The position numbers and the translations under genes are program-made. A stretch of 62,649 nucleotides of DNA, counting the filler, from an uncultured bacterium (GTDB lineage: Bacteria > B130-G9), in assembly GCA_965372715.1 (NCBI GenBank). It is 3 parts of 3 records of this genome, joined end to end, with 100 filler letters (N's around TTAATTAATTAA, not from the genome) between each part and the next. Parts side by side here need not be neighbours in the genome. Positions count along the whole stretch, not along the records: positions 1 to 21,891 come from CBDVDH010000060.1; 2 more parts are not named here. The stretch is one strand, 5' to 3'. Every line of letters begins with the position of its first letter. The stretch's first letter is position 1. The notes below the pieces were generated by a model. That model was not told where the DNA came from. It saw only the letters and a program-made list of their open reading frames with translations, and searched no databases. Below, in pieces: positions 8,885 to 18,278 of the stretch.

Positions 8885-9943
8885 ATGAGCAGGCAGAACA
8901 GCTACTCAATCGTAATCAGGCGGTTCTTGAACCCCTTTTTGACCGGCTTCACAGCGAAGAGGCGCTCGCTCTTTTTCAACGATCTCAGGAGATACGTTTC
9001 TTCCGGCGTCTCATATTACGACGCGATAACGACGATGCGGCGGTATTGCAGCAACGGTCATTTGCGGACCATCCTTGACAAGATGCGCGCGATGGTGGAC
9101 GCGGGAAGAGGCATTGGCGACGCGCTATCGCTGTTTCCGGCCAGTTTTAGCGAGTTCGAGCTCGCCATGGTTGACCTCGGCGAGAGCACCGGCAAGCTCG
9201 AATTGGTGCTTGAGAACATCTCCGAGAAGCTCAAGGCGGACCATAAGATCAAGCAGCAGGTGATCAGGGGCTTCCTTTGGTATGCGATCACGTTCGTCTT
9301 CGTCGTCGGCGTCAGCATTCTGCTTAACAGCATGGGATACGCGCTGCCGATTCGCATCACGGCGCCCAGGCTCGCCGCTGGCGTTATCTTGGCCATAGGC
9401 CTCATCCTCGGCGTCAAGCTCGTCAGGGCCACACCGGGCCTCGGCCAGGCGTTCGACGCCATAACCTGCTCAATCCCGTTCCTGGGCAACGTCCGGATGA
9501 AGGCTGCCCTGGCCAGATTCGCAACCGCATTCTCCTACGCCTACGCGTCAGGCAGCGACATCCAGAAAACTCTAACGCTTGCCGGCGCGAGCTCCATGAA
9601 CACGCTCTTTGCAGCCGATGCAAACCGGATAGCGAGCGAGGTCAGGAGCGGATCGAGCCTGGCCGAGGCGTTTGACAGGTCGAAGGTCATGCCGCCGCTT
9701 CTGAAGCAGACCGTGGCGATGGGCGAGAAGACCGGCGATTTCGATCAGGCGATGATGAACATCACGGATTTCGCCAGGGAAGAGCTCAAGACCGCGGGCG
9801 AGATGATACTCCAGTTCTCGATTGTGCTGACGTTTCTGACGCTGGCCGTCTGGGTCTTCTTCCTTGCCCTTAGCTTCTATTCAGACTACCTGGGCCAGGG
9901 GCTCGAGATAATGAGGCGCGCGAATCCACACCACAACCGGTAG
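8885..9943 (+). CDS. Type II secretion system F / PilC family platform protein
   Basis: Two T2SSF repeats (MVDLGESTGKLE; VAMGEKTGDFD) with TM helices; ATG one base after the upstream stop. Confidence 0.9.
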   Translation: MSRQNSYSIVIRRFLNPFLTGFTAKRRSLFFNDLRRYVSSGVSYYDAITTMRRYCSNGHLRTILDKMRAMVDAGRGIGDALSLFPASFSEFELAMVDLGESTGKLELVLENISEKLKADHKIKQQVIRGFLWYAITFVFVVGVSILLNSMGYALPIRITAPRLAAGVILAIGLILGVKLVRATPGLGQAFDAITCSIPFLGNVRMKAALARFATAFSYAYASGSDIQKTLTLAGASSMNTLFAADANRIASEVRSGSSLAEAFDRSKVMPPLLKQTVAMGEKTGDFDQAMMNITDFAREELKTAGEMILQFSIVLTFLTLAVWVFFLALSFYSDYLGQGLEIMRRANPHHNR

Positions 9944-10007
9944 GTAGCTGAGTTCCGAGTCCCAAGTTCTAAGTTCCAAGTTGGCATTTCGTAGCAGTAG
10001 GGGCAGC

Positions 10008-11312
10008 TCACGACGGCTGACTACCGGCCTGCCTCGTTGATACAGAGGAGATGACGGAGCGGAGCTTGCCAGATGGGTCGCGGGGAATCGCATCGACGAG
10101 CTTGATCTCGAACGTGAGGTCGGGCGAAAGGAACTCGTCGATGTCCCGCCGGATACGGTTGCGGCACGATTTCATCTCGAAATCGCTGGTCGGGACGAGA
10201 AGTATCTCGATGTGCCCCGGGTGCTCCTGCCGAATCTGATATGCGTCCGCCTGCGTGTGCCCTGTGAAATCGACGAAATTGACCCGAAGCGGCGGGAGGT
10301 ACGTGCCGTCTGCTGTGACTAGGCAATCGTCGGAGCGACCCTCGATCTCGACAATGCGTGGAAACGCGCAGCCGCACGCGCACGGCGAGAAATCAAGCCG
10401 GCCCCGGTCGAGCGTGTTATACCGAATGAACGGCATCGCGTCGTCGTCGAGCAGCGTAACGACCAGCTCCTGCGTGCCGGACAACTGCTCAACGTGATAC
10501 AGGTCCCAGTTGATGTGCATGCCGCTGCGCTCCGGACATTCCCAGGCGATCATCCCCAGCTCCTTGAGGCCATAGTAGTTAGTAACCGTCGCGCCGAACG
10601 CCGCCTCAACTTGGCTTCTGGCGTCGTCGGTCAGAACCTCGCCGGCCGAGATGATACGCGTGAGGTTCGTCAGACGCCGCTTGTCCGCGATCTCTGCTAG
10701 CAGCAGAAGATGGCTGGGATAGCACTGGAGAAGCTGCGGATTGATCTCCTCGAGATGGCTTGCGATGACCTCTGGAGCCATGTCCGCCGAGACATATTCG
10801 CGCCGAAAAAAGCCCAGCCTCTGCAGAACATTGCGGCCCCGCTTCATCGCCTCGGGACTCGCGACGACAAGGTGAATGTCTCTCGGCCGCAACCCCAGCC
10901 TGAGATTCGCTCGAAGATCGACCATGATCCGCTTCCAGCGATTGCGTCTCGAGTGCACGAAGAGGAGGGAGACACCCGTTGAGCCGCTCGTCCGCCGAGC
11001 CGCAAGCCTGCCGAAGCCCTTCTCGCAGTAGAAATCCTCCAGCGGCCGAGAGCGGAAGAAGCTCTTGTCGATGACCGGCAGTCGCTCTAGGTCGTCGAAG
11101 CTTCTGACAACGTCGAGGTCAACGCCCGCCCCGTCAAACAGGTCGCGATACGCCGGAATCCTCCGATATGCAAACGTCAGCGCCTCGCGCAGCTGCGCCT
11201 CGCGAAAGCGCTGGAGCCGGTTAGGGTCCCAGTCAATCCGCCGGAACCACGGGGCTAGTTGAGTCCAAAGTCCAAAGTCCAAAGTCGTGGGGCGACAAGC
11301 CCGCCAGTTCAA
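10008..11312 (-). CDS. Phenylacetate-CoA ligase family (PaaK/CapK-like) adenylate-forming enzyme; start uncertain
   Basis: TSGSTG, YGLKE, MPFIRYNTLD, IEGRSDD and PRDPSGKLR motifs. Confidence 0.88.
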   Translation of the reverse strand: MNWRACRPTTLDFGLWTQLAPWFRRIDWDPNRLQRFREAQLREALTFAYRRIPAYRDLFDGAGVDLDVVRSFDDLERLPVIDKSFFRSRPLEDFYCEKGFGRLAARRTSGSTGVSLLFVHSRRNRWKRIMVDLRANLRLGLRPRDIHLVVASPEAMKRGRNVLQRLGFFRREYVSADMAPEVIASHLEEINPQLLQCYPSHLLLLAEIADKRRLTNLTRIISAGEVLTDDARSQVEAAFGATVTNYYGLKELGMIAWECPERSGMHINWDLYHVEQLSGTQELVVTLLDDDAMPFIRYNTLDRGRLDFSPCACGCAFPRIVEIEGRSDDCLVTADGTYLPPLRVNFVDFTGHTQADAYQIRQEHPGHIEILLVPTSDFEMKSCRNRIRRDIDEFLSPDLTFEIKLVDAIPRDPSGKLRSVISSVSTRQAGSQPS

Positions 11313-11392
11313 AGTTCCAAGTTCAAAGTTCCAAGTTCAAGGGTCCAATCTCTCTTGCTTCGTGCACCTTCGCGTCCTTCGTGGACATCCTA

Positions 11393-12649
11393 TTATGTCA
11401 GCCAAAAATCGAGCGCGCGGGCAAGGCCCTCTCTCAGCATCGCTTCTGGCTGGCCGAAAGAGACACGAACCGACGCCGGCTGCGCGTCGTCAGGCATCCG
11501 ATACAAAGCCCCCGGCAGCGCATAGACCTCCTTGGCGGCCAAGAGCGCCTTGAACAGCTCGAACTGGTCCTGAGGCGTCCTTGCGCCTCGCAGCTCAACC
11601 ATCATGCTAAAGGCACACTCGGGAGCGATATAATCAAGGCCCGCGTCGTCGATCATCGATTTCGCGATCTGATACTTCTCGCAATGCCTCTTAAGGTTCC
11701 GCTGCCAAAATGCCGCCTCGTCGCTATTGCCATCGACCCGCACTTGCCTGAAGAAGTTACACGCCGCCTCGATGTAAGGCCCAAAAACGGGAGGAGGCGT
11801 GCCGTATTCGAGGTCGCCCAGGTCATTCAGAAAATCCATCACCGGCCAGCCCGTGCCCTCGTGAGTGCGCCTGCAAAGCTCCGGATGAGCGCAGAAATAA
11901 CCTATCCGTAGGCCCGCTGTCCCGAAGGACTTTGACATACTGTTCGTGCGCAGAAGGAACTCGTAATCGGCGAGATGCGGCCCGTAATGCACCTTATCGA
12001 GGTCGAATGCCATCTGGGCATAGACCTCGTCGAGTATGGCGAGGCACGGGCGTTTCCTGTTATAGGCCGCGATGCAATCGAGTATCCCGTAGAGCAGTTC
12101 TGGTGGATATATCCGCCCAATTGGATACGTGGGATTCGTGATCAGAACGAGATCGTAATCGTGTGCGTTGAGCGCGGCATCGAAGCCATCGATCGTCGGC
12201 AAGAAATCGTCGTCCCACATCACGTTCATCATATCGACCGCCATCCCGAGCTGCTCCGCCGCGCCAGCAAACACGTAATAGATCGGCGGAATCATGAGAA
12301 TCCTTGCACCGGGCTTCAAGAAACCCTTGTATATCATCGACGCGGCGCCGGTCGCCCCGAGCGTAACCATCACATCGTCGATCGAGTAAAGGTCGGCCTC
12401 CAGCCTCGCGTTCTCGAGCCTGACCAGCGCCTCGCGCACGAATGGGTCGCCGGACGTGTTGCCGTATTCCTTCAGATGCCACGACTTGTCAATATCCCGC
12501 AGCTTCTCGGCCATCTGCTCAGGGATCGGATGCTCGTTCAGGTCTATCCTGAAGTCCGACAAAAAGCGTATGTCGGCGCTTGCTACGTCGATTCCTTGCG
12601 CCCAAATTTCGCGCAAGTAATTACGTAATACTTGATATTCTTTCAACAT
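11393..12649 (-). CDS. PLP-dependent aminotransferase class I/II
   Basis: NPTYPIG, DEVY, SMSKSFGTAGLRIGY (PLP lysine), VRVSF. Confidence 0.92.
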   Translation of the reverse strand: MLKEYQVLRNYLREIWAQGIDVASADIRFLSDFRIDLNEHPIPEQMAEKLRDIDKSWHLKEYGNTSGDPFVREALVRLENARLEADLYSIDDVMVTLGATGAASMIYKGFLKPGARILMIPPIYYVFAGAAEQLGMAVDMMNVMWDDDFLPTIDGFDAALNAHDYDLVLITNPTYPIGRIYPPELLYGILDCIAAYNRKRPCLAILDEVYAQMAFDLDKVHYGPHLADYEFLLRTNSMSKSFGTAGLRIGYFCAHPELCRRTHEGTGWPVMDFLNDLGDLEYGTPPPVFGPYIEAACNFFRQVRVDGNSDEAAFWQRNLKRHCEKYQIAKSMIDDAGLDYIAPECAFSMMVELRGARTPQDQFELFKALLAAKEVYALPGALYRMPDDAQPASVRVSFGQPEAMLREGLARALDFWLT

Positions 12650-12743
12650 AGTCCTTATTCACCACAAGACAGGTCTGACGCACACCTCAACGGCCAACAA
12701 TATGACAGATATCGGGCGGCGGATAAACCCGTCCGCAACATGA

Positions 12744-12772
12744 TTGACGTTTGAGTCGTTCAAACATAGGAT
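12744..12772 (+). promoter_or_regulatory. sigma70-like promoter with a palindrome in the spacer
   Basis: TTGACG-N17-TAGGAT; GTTTGA-N5-TCAAAC at 12749-12765. Confidence 0.5.
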
Positions 12773-12801
12773 AATATCACTAGCACGTTTAGGAGGGAGA
12801 A

Positions 12802-14280
12802 TTGGCGGACAACTGGCTTTATTTCGGCGACAATCTGGACATTCTGCGGCGCCACGTCAAGGAGAACTCGGTCGATCTAATCTACCTTGACCCGCCGTTC
12901 AAGAGCAACAAGGCCTACAACGTCATATTCAAGGAGAAGAACGGCGCACAGTCCAGGTCGCAGATTGAGGCGTTCAAGGATACCTGGAATTGGGACCAGG
13001 CCGCGGCGGAGGCGTTCGAGGACATCGTTGTCTCTGGGCCGGATGACGTCTCTCGGTTGATGCAGGCTCTCCGCCAGTTCCTTGGGACCAGCGACATGAT
13101 GGCGTATCTTGCCATGATGGCGCCGCGACTTCTGGAGCTTCAGTGTGTCCTCAAGCGTACCGGCTCGATCTATCTCCACTGCGACCCCACCGCAAGCCAT
13201 TACCTGAAGCTCCTCATGGACGCGGTTTTCGGTACCAGGTCATTCCGGAATGAGATCGTCTGGTATTACAAGGGAGGTGGGCTGTCGAAGGCTCGTTGGG
13301 CTCGCAGACATGACATCATTCTTCTGTATTCATGTAGTGACGCTTCCTTCTTCGATGCAGACGCGGTGAGGGATGAGTATGCACAAACCACAAAGGAGAG
13401 GTTTGCCCATTACATCGGCAATGTGAGAAAGGGGCACGATTTCGGCCTCCAGAAGCTGCATCCGGAGGGCAAACATCCAGACGATGTCTGGCTGATGCCG
13501 ATTGTTGCCCCGTCGGCGAAAGAGCGGCTGGGCTATCCAACGCAGAAGCCTGAGGCGCTTCTTGCGCGCATCATCAAGGCGAGCAGCAAGCCGGGCGACG
13601 TGGTGCTGGACCCATTCTGCGGCTGCGGGACTGCGATTGCGGTCGCGGAGAGGCTCGGAAGGAACTGGATCGGCATTGACATCACGCCTCTTGCGATCAA
13701 CGCCGTGAGAAGTCGCCTCCAGCAGGCCTTTGGACCCGATGTGGAGTATGAGATCGACGGATTGCCAAAGACCCTCCCCGACGCTGAGGAACTGGCTCAA
13801 GAAGACCGCTACAAGTTTGAGCTGTGGGCGCTGGGCCTTGCCGGCGCCAGCGAGCAGAGGCACAAGAAGAAAGGCGCGGACAGGGGCGTTGACGGGCGTC
13901 TGTACTTCTATGACGAGGGCACGAACGCGAAAGCGAAGCAGATAGTCGTCCAGGTGAAAAGCGGCCACGTAGCCCCGTCGCATATTCGAGACCTTGTGGG
14001 CGTCCTCGACAGAGAAAACGCACAGATTGGCGCCTTTATCACCTTGAAGCGACCTACGAAGAAGATGCAAGAAGAGGCCGCGGCCGCCGGCTTCTATCTA
14101 TCACCAGTCTTCCAGAAGAAATACCCCCGCATCCAGATTCTCACGATTGAAGCGCTACTCAAGGGCGGCAGAATAGCCTATCCTGCCGGAACCACGCACG
14201 CAGCCAAGCAAGCACATCGAAGCCCCACCCGGAAGAGCCAGCGCGACATTCAAGTGCGCGCCGAAGGCGAGGAAGCGTGA
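12802..14280 (+). CDS. Beta-class N4/N6 DNA methyltransferase fused to a C-terminal Mrr-like endonuclease domain
   Basis: GDNL, YLDPPF (motif IV) before LDPFCGCGT (motif I), YPTQKP; C-terminal DRGVDG...VQVKSG; AGGAGG RBS. Confidence 0.9.
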   Translation: MADNWLYFGDNLDILRRHVKENSVDLIYLDPPFKSNKAYNVIFKEKNGAQSRSQIEAFKDTWNWDQAAAEAFEDIVVSGPDDVSRLMQALRQFLGTSDMMAYLAMMAPRLLELQCVLKRTGSIYLHCDPTASHYLKLLMDAVFGTRSFRNEIVWYYKGGGLSKARWARRHDIILLYSCSDASFFDADAVRDEYAQTTKERFAHYIGNVRKGHDFGLQKLHPEGKHPDDVWLMPIVAPSAKERLGYPTQKPEALLARIIKASSKPGDVVLDPFCGCGTAIAVAERLGRNWIGIDITPLAINAVRSRLQQAFGPDVEYEIDGLPKTLPDAEELAQEDRYKFELWALGLAGASEQRHKKKGADRGVDGRLYFYDEGTNAKAKQIVVQVKSGHVAPSHIRDLVGVLDRENAQIGAFITLKRPTKKMQEEAAAAGFYLSPVFQKKYPRIQILTIEALLKGGRIAYPAGTTHAAKQAHRSPTRKSQRDIQVRAEGEEA

Positions 14281-14417
14281 CGAACTTGAGATGACACAAC
14301 TAGACTTTCAGGCAATCGATTCAAGGATGGATAGAAGTGGCTTATGATTCGTCGTTGTTTGGGGTATTCTTTGGAGAGTGAATAATCCGTGAAGACCAAA
14401 GCCAGCTGAGGCATCGA

Positions 14418-14969
14418 ATGATGGACCAAGACGCAGAAAGCCGATTAGACGTTGATAGTGAATCGGATTACACCGACGAAGAGATAGAGCGCCTAATCCG
14501 TTGCGCGAAGAGAGTGATCCAACCCCCCAGAAGGACGATGAGAGACAGACGGGGCTCTTTGAGAAATGAGATGACGGTTGAATCTGTTGAGGAAGGGCGT
14601 CATTTCTATATCTTCATGCGCCAGAACATCGACTTCAATGAGAACTTCAGCATAGGCTTGCGTTTCCTGGCAAGCGACGGTGGGCAACAGATATGCCTCA
14701 TACGTTTTAACGGGCCGCATGCGCACCGAGAGCTCAAGTCCAATTCCGAGCAATCTCATTGGCACGCGTCTTTTCACATTCATAAGGCGAAAGTCAAGAA
14801 TATATCGGCGGGGTTGAATGAGGATCAGTTCGCGTTCAAGACCGATCGTTATGCGTCTTTCCAAGAGGCCCAGGTGGAGTTTTTCAAAGAAATCAACGTG
14901 ACCGATGCTCCCGACTATTTCCCATTGTTGGGTCAGCTCAGTTTCGATTTTAGGAAGGAGGAACAGTGA
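14418..14969 (+). CDS. Hypothetical protein, DUF6978-like
   Basis: LIRFNGPH...HASFHIH His-rich motif; GTGA overlap with the next gene; pairing with a DUF1828-like gene. Confidence 0.6.
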   Translation: MMDQDAESRLDVDSESDYTDEEIERLIRCAKRVIQPPRRTMRDRRGSLRNEMTVESVEEGRHFYIFMRQNIDFNENFSIGLRFLASDGGQQICLIRFNGPHAHRELKSNSEQSHWHASFHIHKAKVKNISAGLNEDQFAFKTDRYASFQEAQVEFFKEINVTDAPDYFPLLGQLSFDFRKEEQ

Positions 14970-15766
14970 CGATGACTATAGTTAACCTTCAACCGCCACC
15001 TTATCTGGATCTCTTAAAACAGCAGTTTAATGGTCATATAGAACTCAGAGAGAAGCGGCCTGGTATCATGCAACTTCTCGTCCCGTTGTTCCACGAAGAT
15101 GGGGATATGGTGGACATCTTCCTAGAGCAAGGGCAGGAAACAGGTCTTATTCGAATCTGCGATCACGCAATGACGTTGATGCGTCTGTCCTACTCCTTTG
15201 AGATCGACACACCGAATAAGGAACGGATATTCCGGCAGATCGTCACTGAGAACGGTATTGTTGAGGACAACGGTAATCTTTTCATCGAGACACGGTCCGA
15301 AAGTCTGTATCCTGCTGTAATGCAGTTCGCGCAGGCGGTTGCGAAGATCGCGAATCTGGAGATCCTTAGACGGGAGATTGTTCGAAGCCTCTTCTTCGAA
15401 TCTCTGGGCGAGTTCATACATGATTCCCTGGCGCGCTATCCCCGCCAGCAAAAGGTGTATCCAATACCCGACCGCGACGAGCTCGAGGTTGATTATGAGT
15501 TCCCCATGGATTCCCGTCCTATATATCTCTTCGGCGTGAAGGATGAGGACAAGGCCCGGCTTGTGACGATCTCATGTCTGGAGTTTGAGAAGGCTCGGCT
15601 CTCCTTCCGAAGTATGGCCGTCCATGAGAGCTTTGAAGATCTCCACCGGAAAGACCGACAGAGAATCGTCAGCGCGGTCGATAAGCACTTCCCCACTTTG
15701 GATGACTTCAAGAAGAGGGGGCCTCTGCTGTTTGAGCGTGAAATGGGCTTCAGAGCTCAGCAATAG
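14966..15766 (+). CDS. DUF1828(-DUF1829)-like protein
   Basis: PLFHEDGDMVDIFL...IRICDHAMTL N-terminal pattern; C-terminal nuclease-like FFE..VDYEF..IYLFGV segment. Confidence 0.7.
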   Translation: MTMTIVNLQPPPYLDLLKQQFNGHIELREKRPGIMQLLVPLFHEDGDMVDIFLEQGQETGLIRICDHAMTLMRLSYSFEIDTPNKERIFRQIVTENGIVEDNGNLFIETRSESLYPAVMQFAQAVAKIANLEILRREIVRSLFFESLGEFIHDSLARYPRQQKVYPIPDRDELEVDYEFPMDSRPIYLFGVKDEDKARLVTISCLEFEKARLSFRSMAVHESFEDLHRKDRQRIVSAVDKHFPTLDDFKKRGPLLFEREMGFRAQQ

Positions 15767-15811
15767 CAGGCGATAAGTGAATCAATGGGCACTGTTTTCT
15801 GAGGGCTTTCG

Positions 15812-17350
15812 CTAGAACTCTCTCTCCAGCACCATATTACCTATGTTCAGGATGAGGTTGGGGTCGAGGGCGCGCTTGGCCGCGGCGATCTGGCTCAGGC
15901 CCTGCTGGCCGAACATCAATTGAAGGTAGGGGACCTGTCGGCCATCGAGTTCGACTGTTTTCTTGCCGACGCCGTGTTCGGCTGAGATTGTGCCGCCGAG
16001 CGCGACGGCCTTCTTCGCGAGCTTGAGGTAGAGCTTTTTTGCGAATGCCATCTCGGCGTCAGTGCGGGTTATGAAGTTGAAGTGCAAGTGAAAGTCCCCG
16101 AGGTGGCCGAAGAGGACTGAATGAACTCCGGGCCTGGGGAAAGCCGTTTTGAACCTCTCATCCGCCTCGCGATAGGCCCTCATGATCTGTTCAAAGCCGT
16201 CCGCCGGCACCGCAAAGTCGGTGGCGAGTTTGTGGCTTTGCTGCTGTTTGACATAACTGTTGACCGCATCGGGCAACGAATGGCGAAACTCCTTGAACTC
16301 CTCGGGAGGCCCCGACCAGTCGTCAACAGCCTGGTATCGCTCGCAAGCCTCAAGAATCGCATCCAGCGTCTCATCTCGATCGCCCAGCGCCTCGACCAAC
16401 ACGGCCGCAGAGTAATTCTGCTTGATGCGCAGCTCCTTGTCGCGGATGAAGGCGAGCGAATTGGCGTCGAAGAACTCGATGGCGATGATGCCCTTCTGCC
16501 GAAGCTCGCGGAGGTCGTCTGCGTAACTCAGCGCATTAGATTCGCTCTCAAAGAACGCCACGTCCGCGATAAGTTCGGCGGGTTTGGGCGCGAGCTTGAC
16601 CTCTATCTCGGCGAGAACGCCGAGTATCCCCTCGCTGCCCACGAATAGGTCTATCAGGTCCATCCTGGGCGAGGCAAAGAGCCCGGCCGCGTTCTTTACG
16701 CGAGGCATAGAATAGGTTGGGCACGGCACTTCGTATCTGTCCCCGGAATCGCTCGCAAATCGGATGCAATTGTCGTCACCCGCAAAGAACTGCCCGCGCC
16801 GGACCCGCAGTGTGTCGCCACTGGCAAGGACCACTGTCAGCCCAGAAACCCAGTCCCTGGTCGGCCCGTAGTAGAAGCTCCGCGCGCCTGAGGCGTTCGT
16901 AGCGACTGTTCCGCCGAGTTGCGCGGTCGATTCGGTCGGGTCGGGTGGATAGAAAAGGTCTTGGGGCAGCATCTCCGTGAGCATGTCCAGCGTCATTCCG
17001 GGCGGCGCCGACGCCAACATCTCGTCCCGTGAGATAGCTATCCTCACGGCGCCGACCGGGAACTGGCGCTCGATCATCTCCCAGCCGTTGGGGACGTCGA
17101 CCTTCAGCATTCGTTCCGCGGAGATGACATATCCGCCGCTCATGGGGACTCTGGAACCCGTCACGCCAGTCCCCGCGCCGGACGTCGTGCATCTGATGTT
17201 GTCCGCGTTTGCGCCTCGAAGGATCGACCTCAGGTCTTTGACGCCTTCGGGAAGAAGAACCTTCGATACGTTCTCTGGGGGAGCTTTGAAGGCGTTGCTC
17301 TCGTCGCTTAGATACGGCTCAATCGCGGCCCGGTCGGAGATGGTTCTCAT
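15812..17350 (-). CDS. FAD-binding oxidoreductase (GlcD/D-lactate dehydrogenase family)
   Basis: YPPDPT, LGGTVATNASG, GSEGILG, GHLGDFHLH and GGTISAEHGVG motifs. Confidence 0.92.
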   Translation of the reverse strand: MRTISDRAAIEPYLSDESNAFKAPPENVSKVLLPEGVKDLRSILRGANADNIRCTTSGAGTGVTGSRVPMSGGYVISAERMLKVDVPNGWEMIERQFPVGAVRIAISRDEMLASAPPGMTLDMLTEMLPQDLFYPPDPTESTAQLGGTVATNASGARSFYYGPTRDWVSGLTVVLASGDTLRVRRGQFFAGDDNCIRFASDSGDRYEVPCPTYSMPRVKNAAGLFASPRMDLIDLFVGSEGILGVLAEIEVKLAPKPAELIADVAFFESESNALSYADDLRELRQKGIIAIEFFDANSLAFIRDKELRIKQNYSAAVLVEALGDRDETLDAILEACERYQAVDDWSGPPEEFKEFRHSLPDAVNSYVKQQQSHKLATDFAVPADGFEQIMRAYREADERFKTAFPRPGVHSVLFGHLGDFHLHFNFITRTDAEMAFAKKLYLKLAKKAVALGGTISAEHGVGKKTVELDGRQVPYLQLMFGQQGLSQIAAAKRALDPNLILNIGNMVLEREF

Positions 17351-17399
17351 CTAGGGGGTCCTTTGCTGGCGGCATACCGTCCTGTAGGGGCGGTGCTTG

Positions 17400-17534
17400 G
17401 AGGCTGGGACATAAGTGGCCGCCCGCTCAGTGTAGGGGCAATCCCCCCGCGGTTGCCCTTTACGATCAATTAAGATAGGGCAGGCGCGGGGGCCTGCCCC
17501 TACACAACCTGTCCGGCGATTATGACCCAGCCTC
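17400..17534. mobile_element. MITE-like element with 15-bp terminal inverted repeats (IS1182-like ends) enclosing a REP pair
   Basis: GAGGCTGGGACATAA ... TTATGACCCAGCCTC (one mismatch); internal TGTAGGGGCA..TGCCCCTACA; interrupts a GTAG-type REP. Confidence 0.6.
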
Positions 17535-17563
17535 CGACCGAACGTGACGACACGCTGAGGCCA

Positions 17564-18190
17564 TTATAAGGAGAGGGATCGGCGCGTTTGCTTGTCGGTC
17601 AGAATCGCAAAGAGCCTCTCGGTCTGCTCCCTGGTCGATTCAGGTTCGCCGCTGTTGTCAACGACGAAATCAGCGAGCTTGACCTTCTCCTCAAGCGGCA
17701 TCTGATGCTTCATTCGAGCCTCGACGACGGCGCGGTCCAATCCTCCGAACTTCTTTTTGAGCCGCTCAAAGCGCTGCTCAGTCGAGGCGCTAACAACTAC
17801 GAGGAAATCAACAAGATGATGGCGCTCCACCTCAATCAGAAGCGGCACGTCTAGGACCACGATCGCGTCTGGGTCAGACTCCTCGAGCTGCTTCAGAAGT
17901 TCTTCTTCGTGAGCAATGACGCGTGGGTGCACGATGCTGTTCAACTGGCCCAGCTGGGCTGGGTCCGCGAACACGATATCGCCGAGTAGCTTTCTGTTAA
18001 GGCCGCCGTCTTCAGCAACCACTTCCTTGCCGAACGTCTCGACAATCTCGTTGTAGGCGGGCATGCCCGGCTCACAAATCTCCGTCGCCAATTTGTCCGC
18101 GCTAATCACTTCTAGCCCCAGCTGCGCGAGGGTCTTCGCAACCGTGCTCTTGCCGCTCCCGAAACCGCCCGTAAGACCCACTAGAAACAT
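17564..18190 (-). CDS. coaE: Dephospho-CoA kinase
   Basis: GLTGGFGSGKST, LNSIVHP, DVPLLIE, ADFVVDNSG. Confidence 0.96.
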   Translation of the reverse strand: MFLVGLTGGFGSGKSTVAKTLAQLGLEVISADKLATEICEPGMPAYNEIVETFGKEVVAEDGGLNRKLLGDIVFADPAQLGQLNSIVHPRVIAHEEELLKQLEESDPDAIVVLDVPLLIEVERHHLVDFLVVVSASTEQRFERLKKKFGGLDRAVVEARMKHQMPLEEKVKLADFVVDNSGEPESTREQTERLFAILTDKQTRRSLSL

Positions 18191-18278
18191 CGGCGTCGTC
18201 CCCTATTGAATTAGTCTAGAAACACGCTTACCAACAGGAATAACAGTTGAGAGCTCCGGCAGTTTCCGCGCCATCTAT

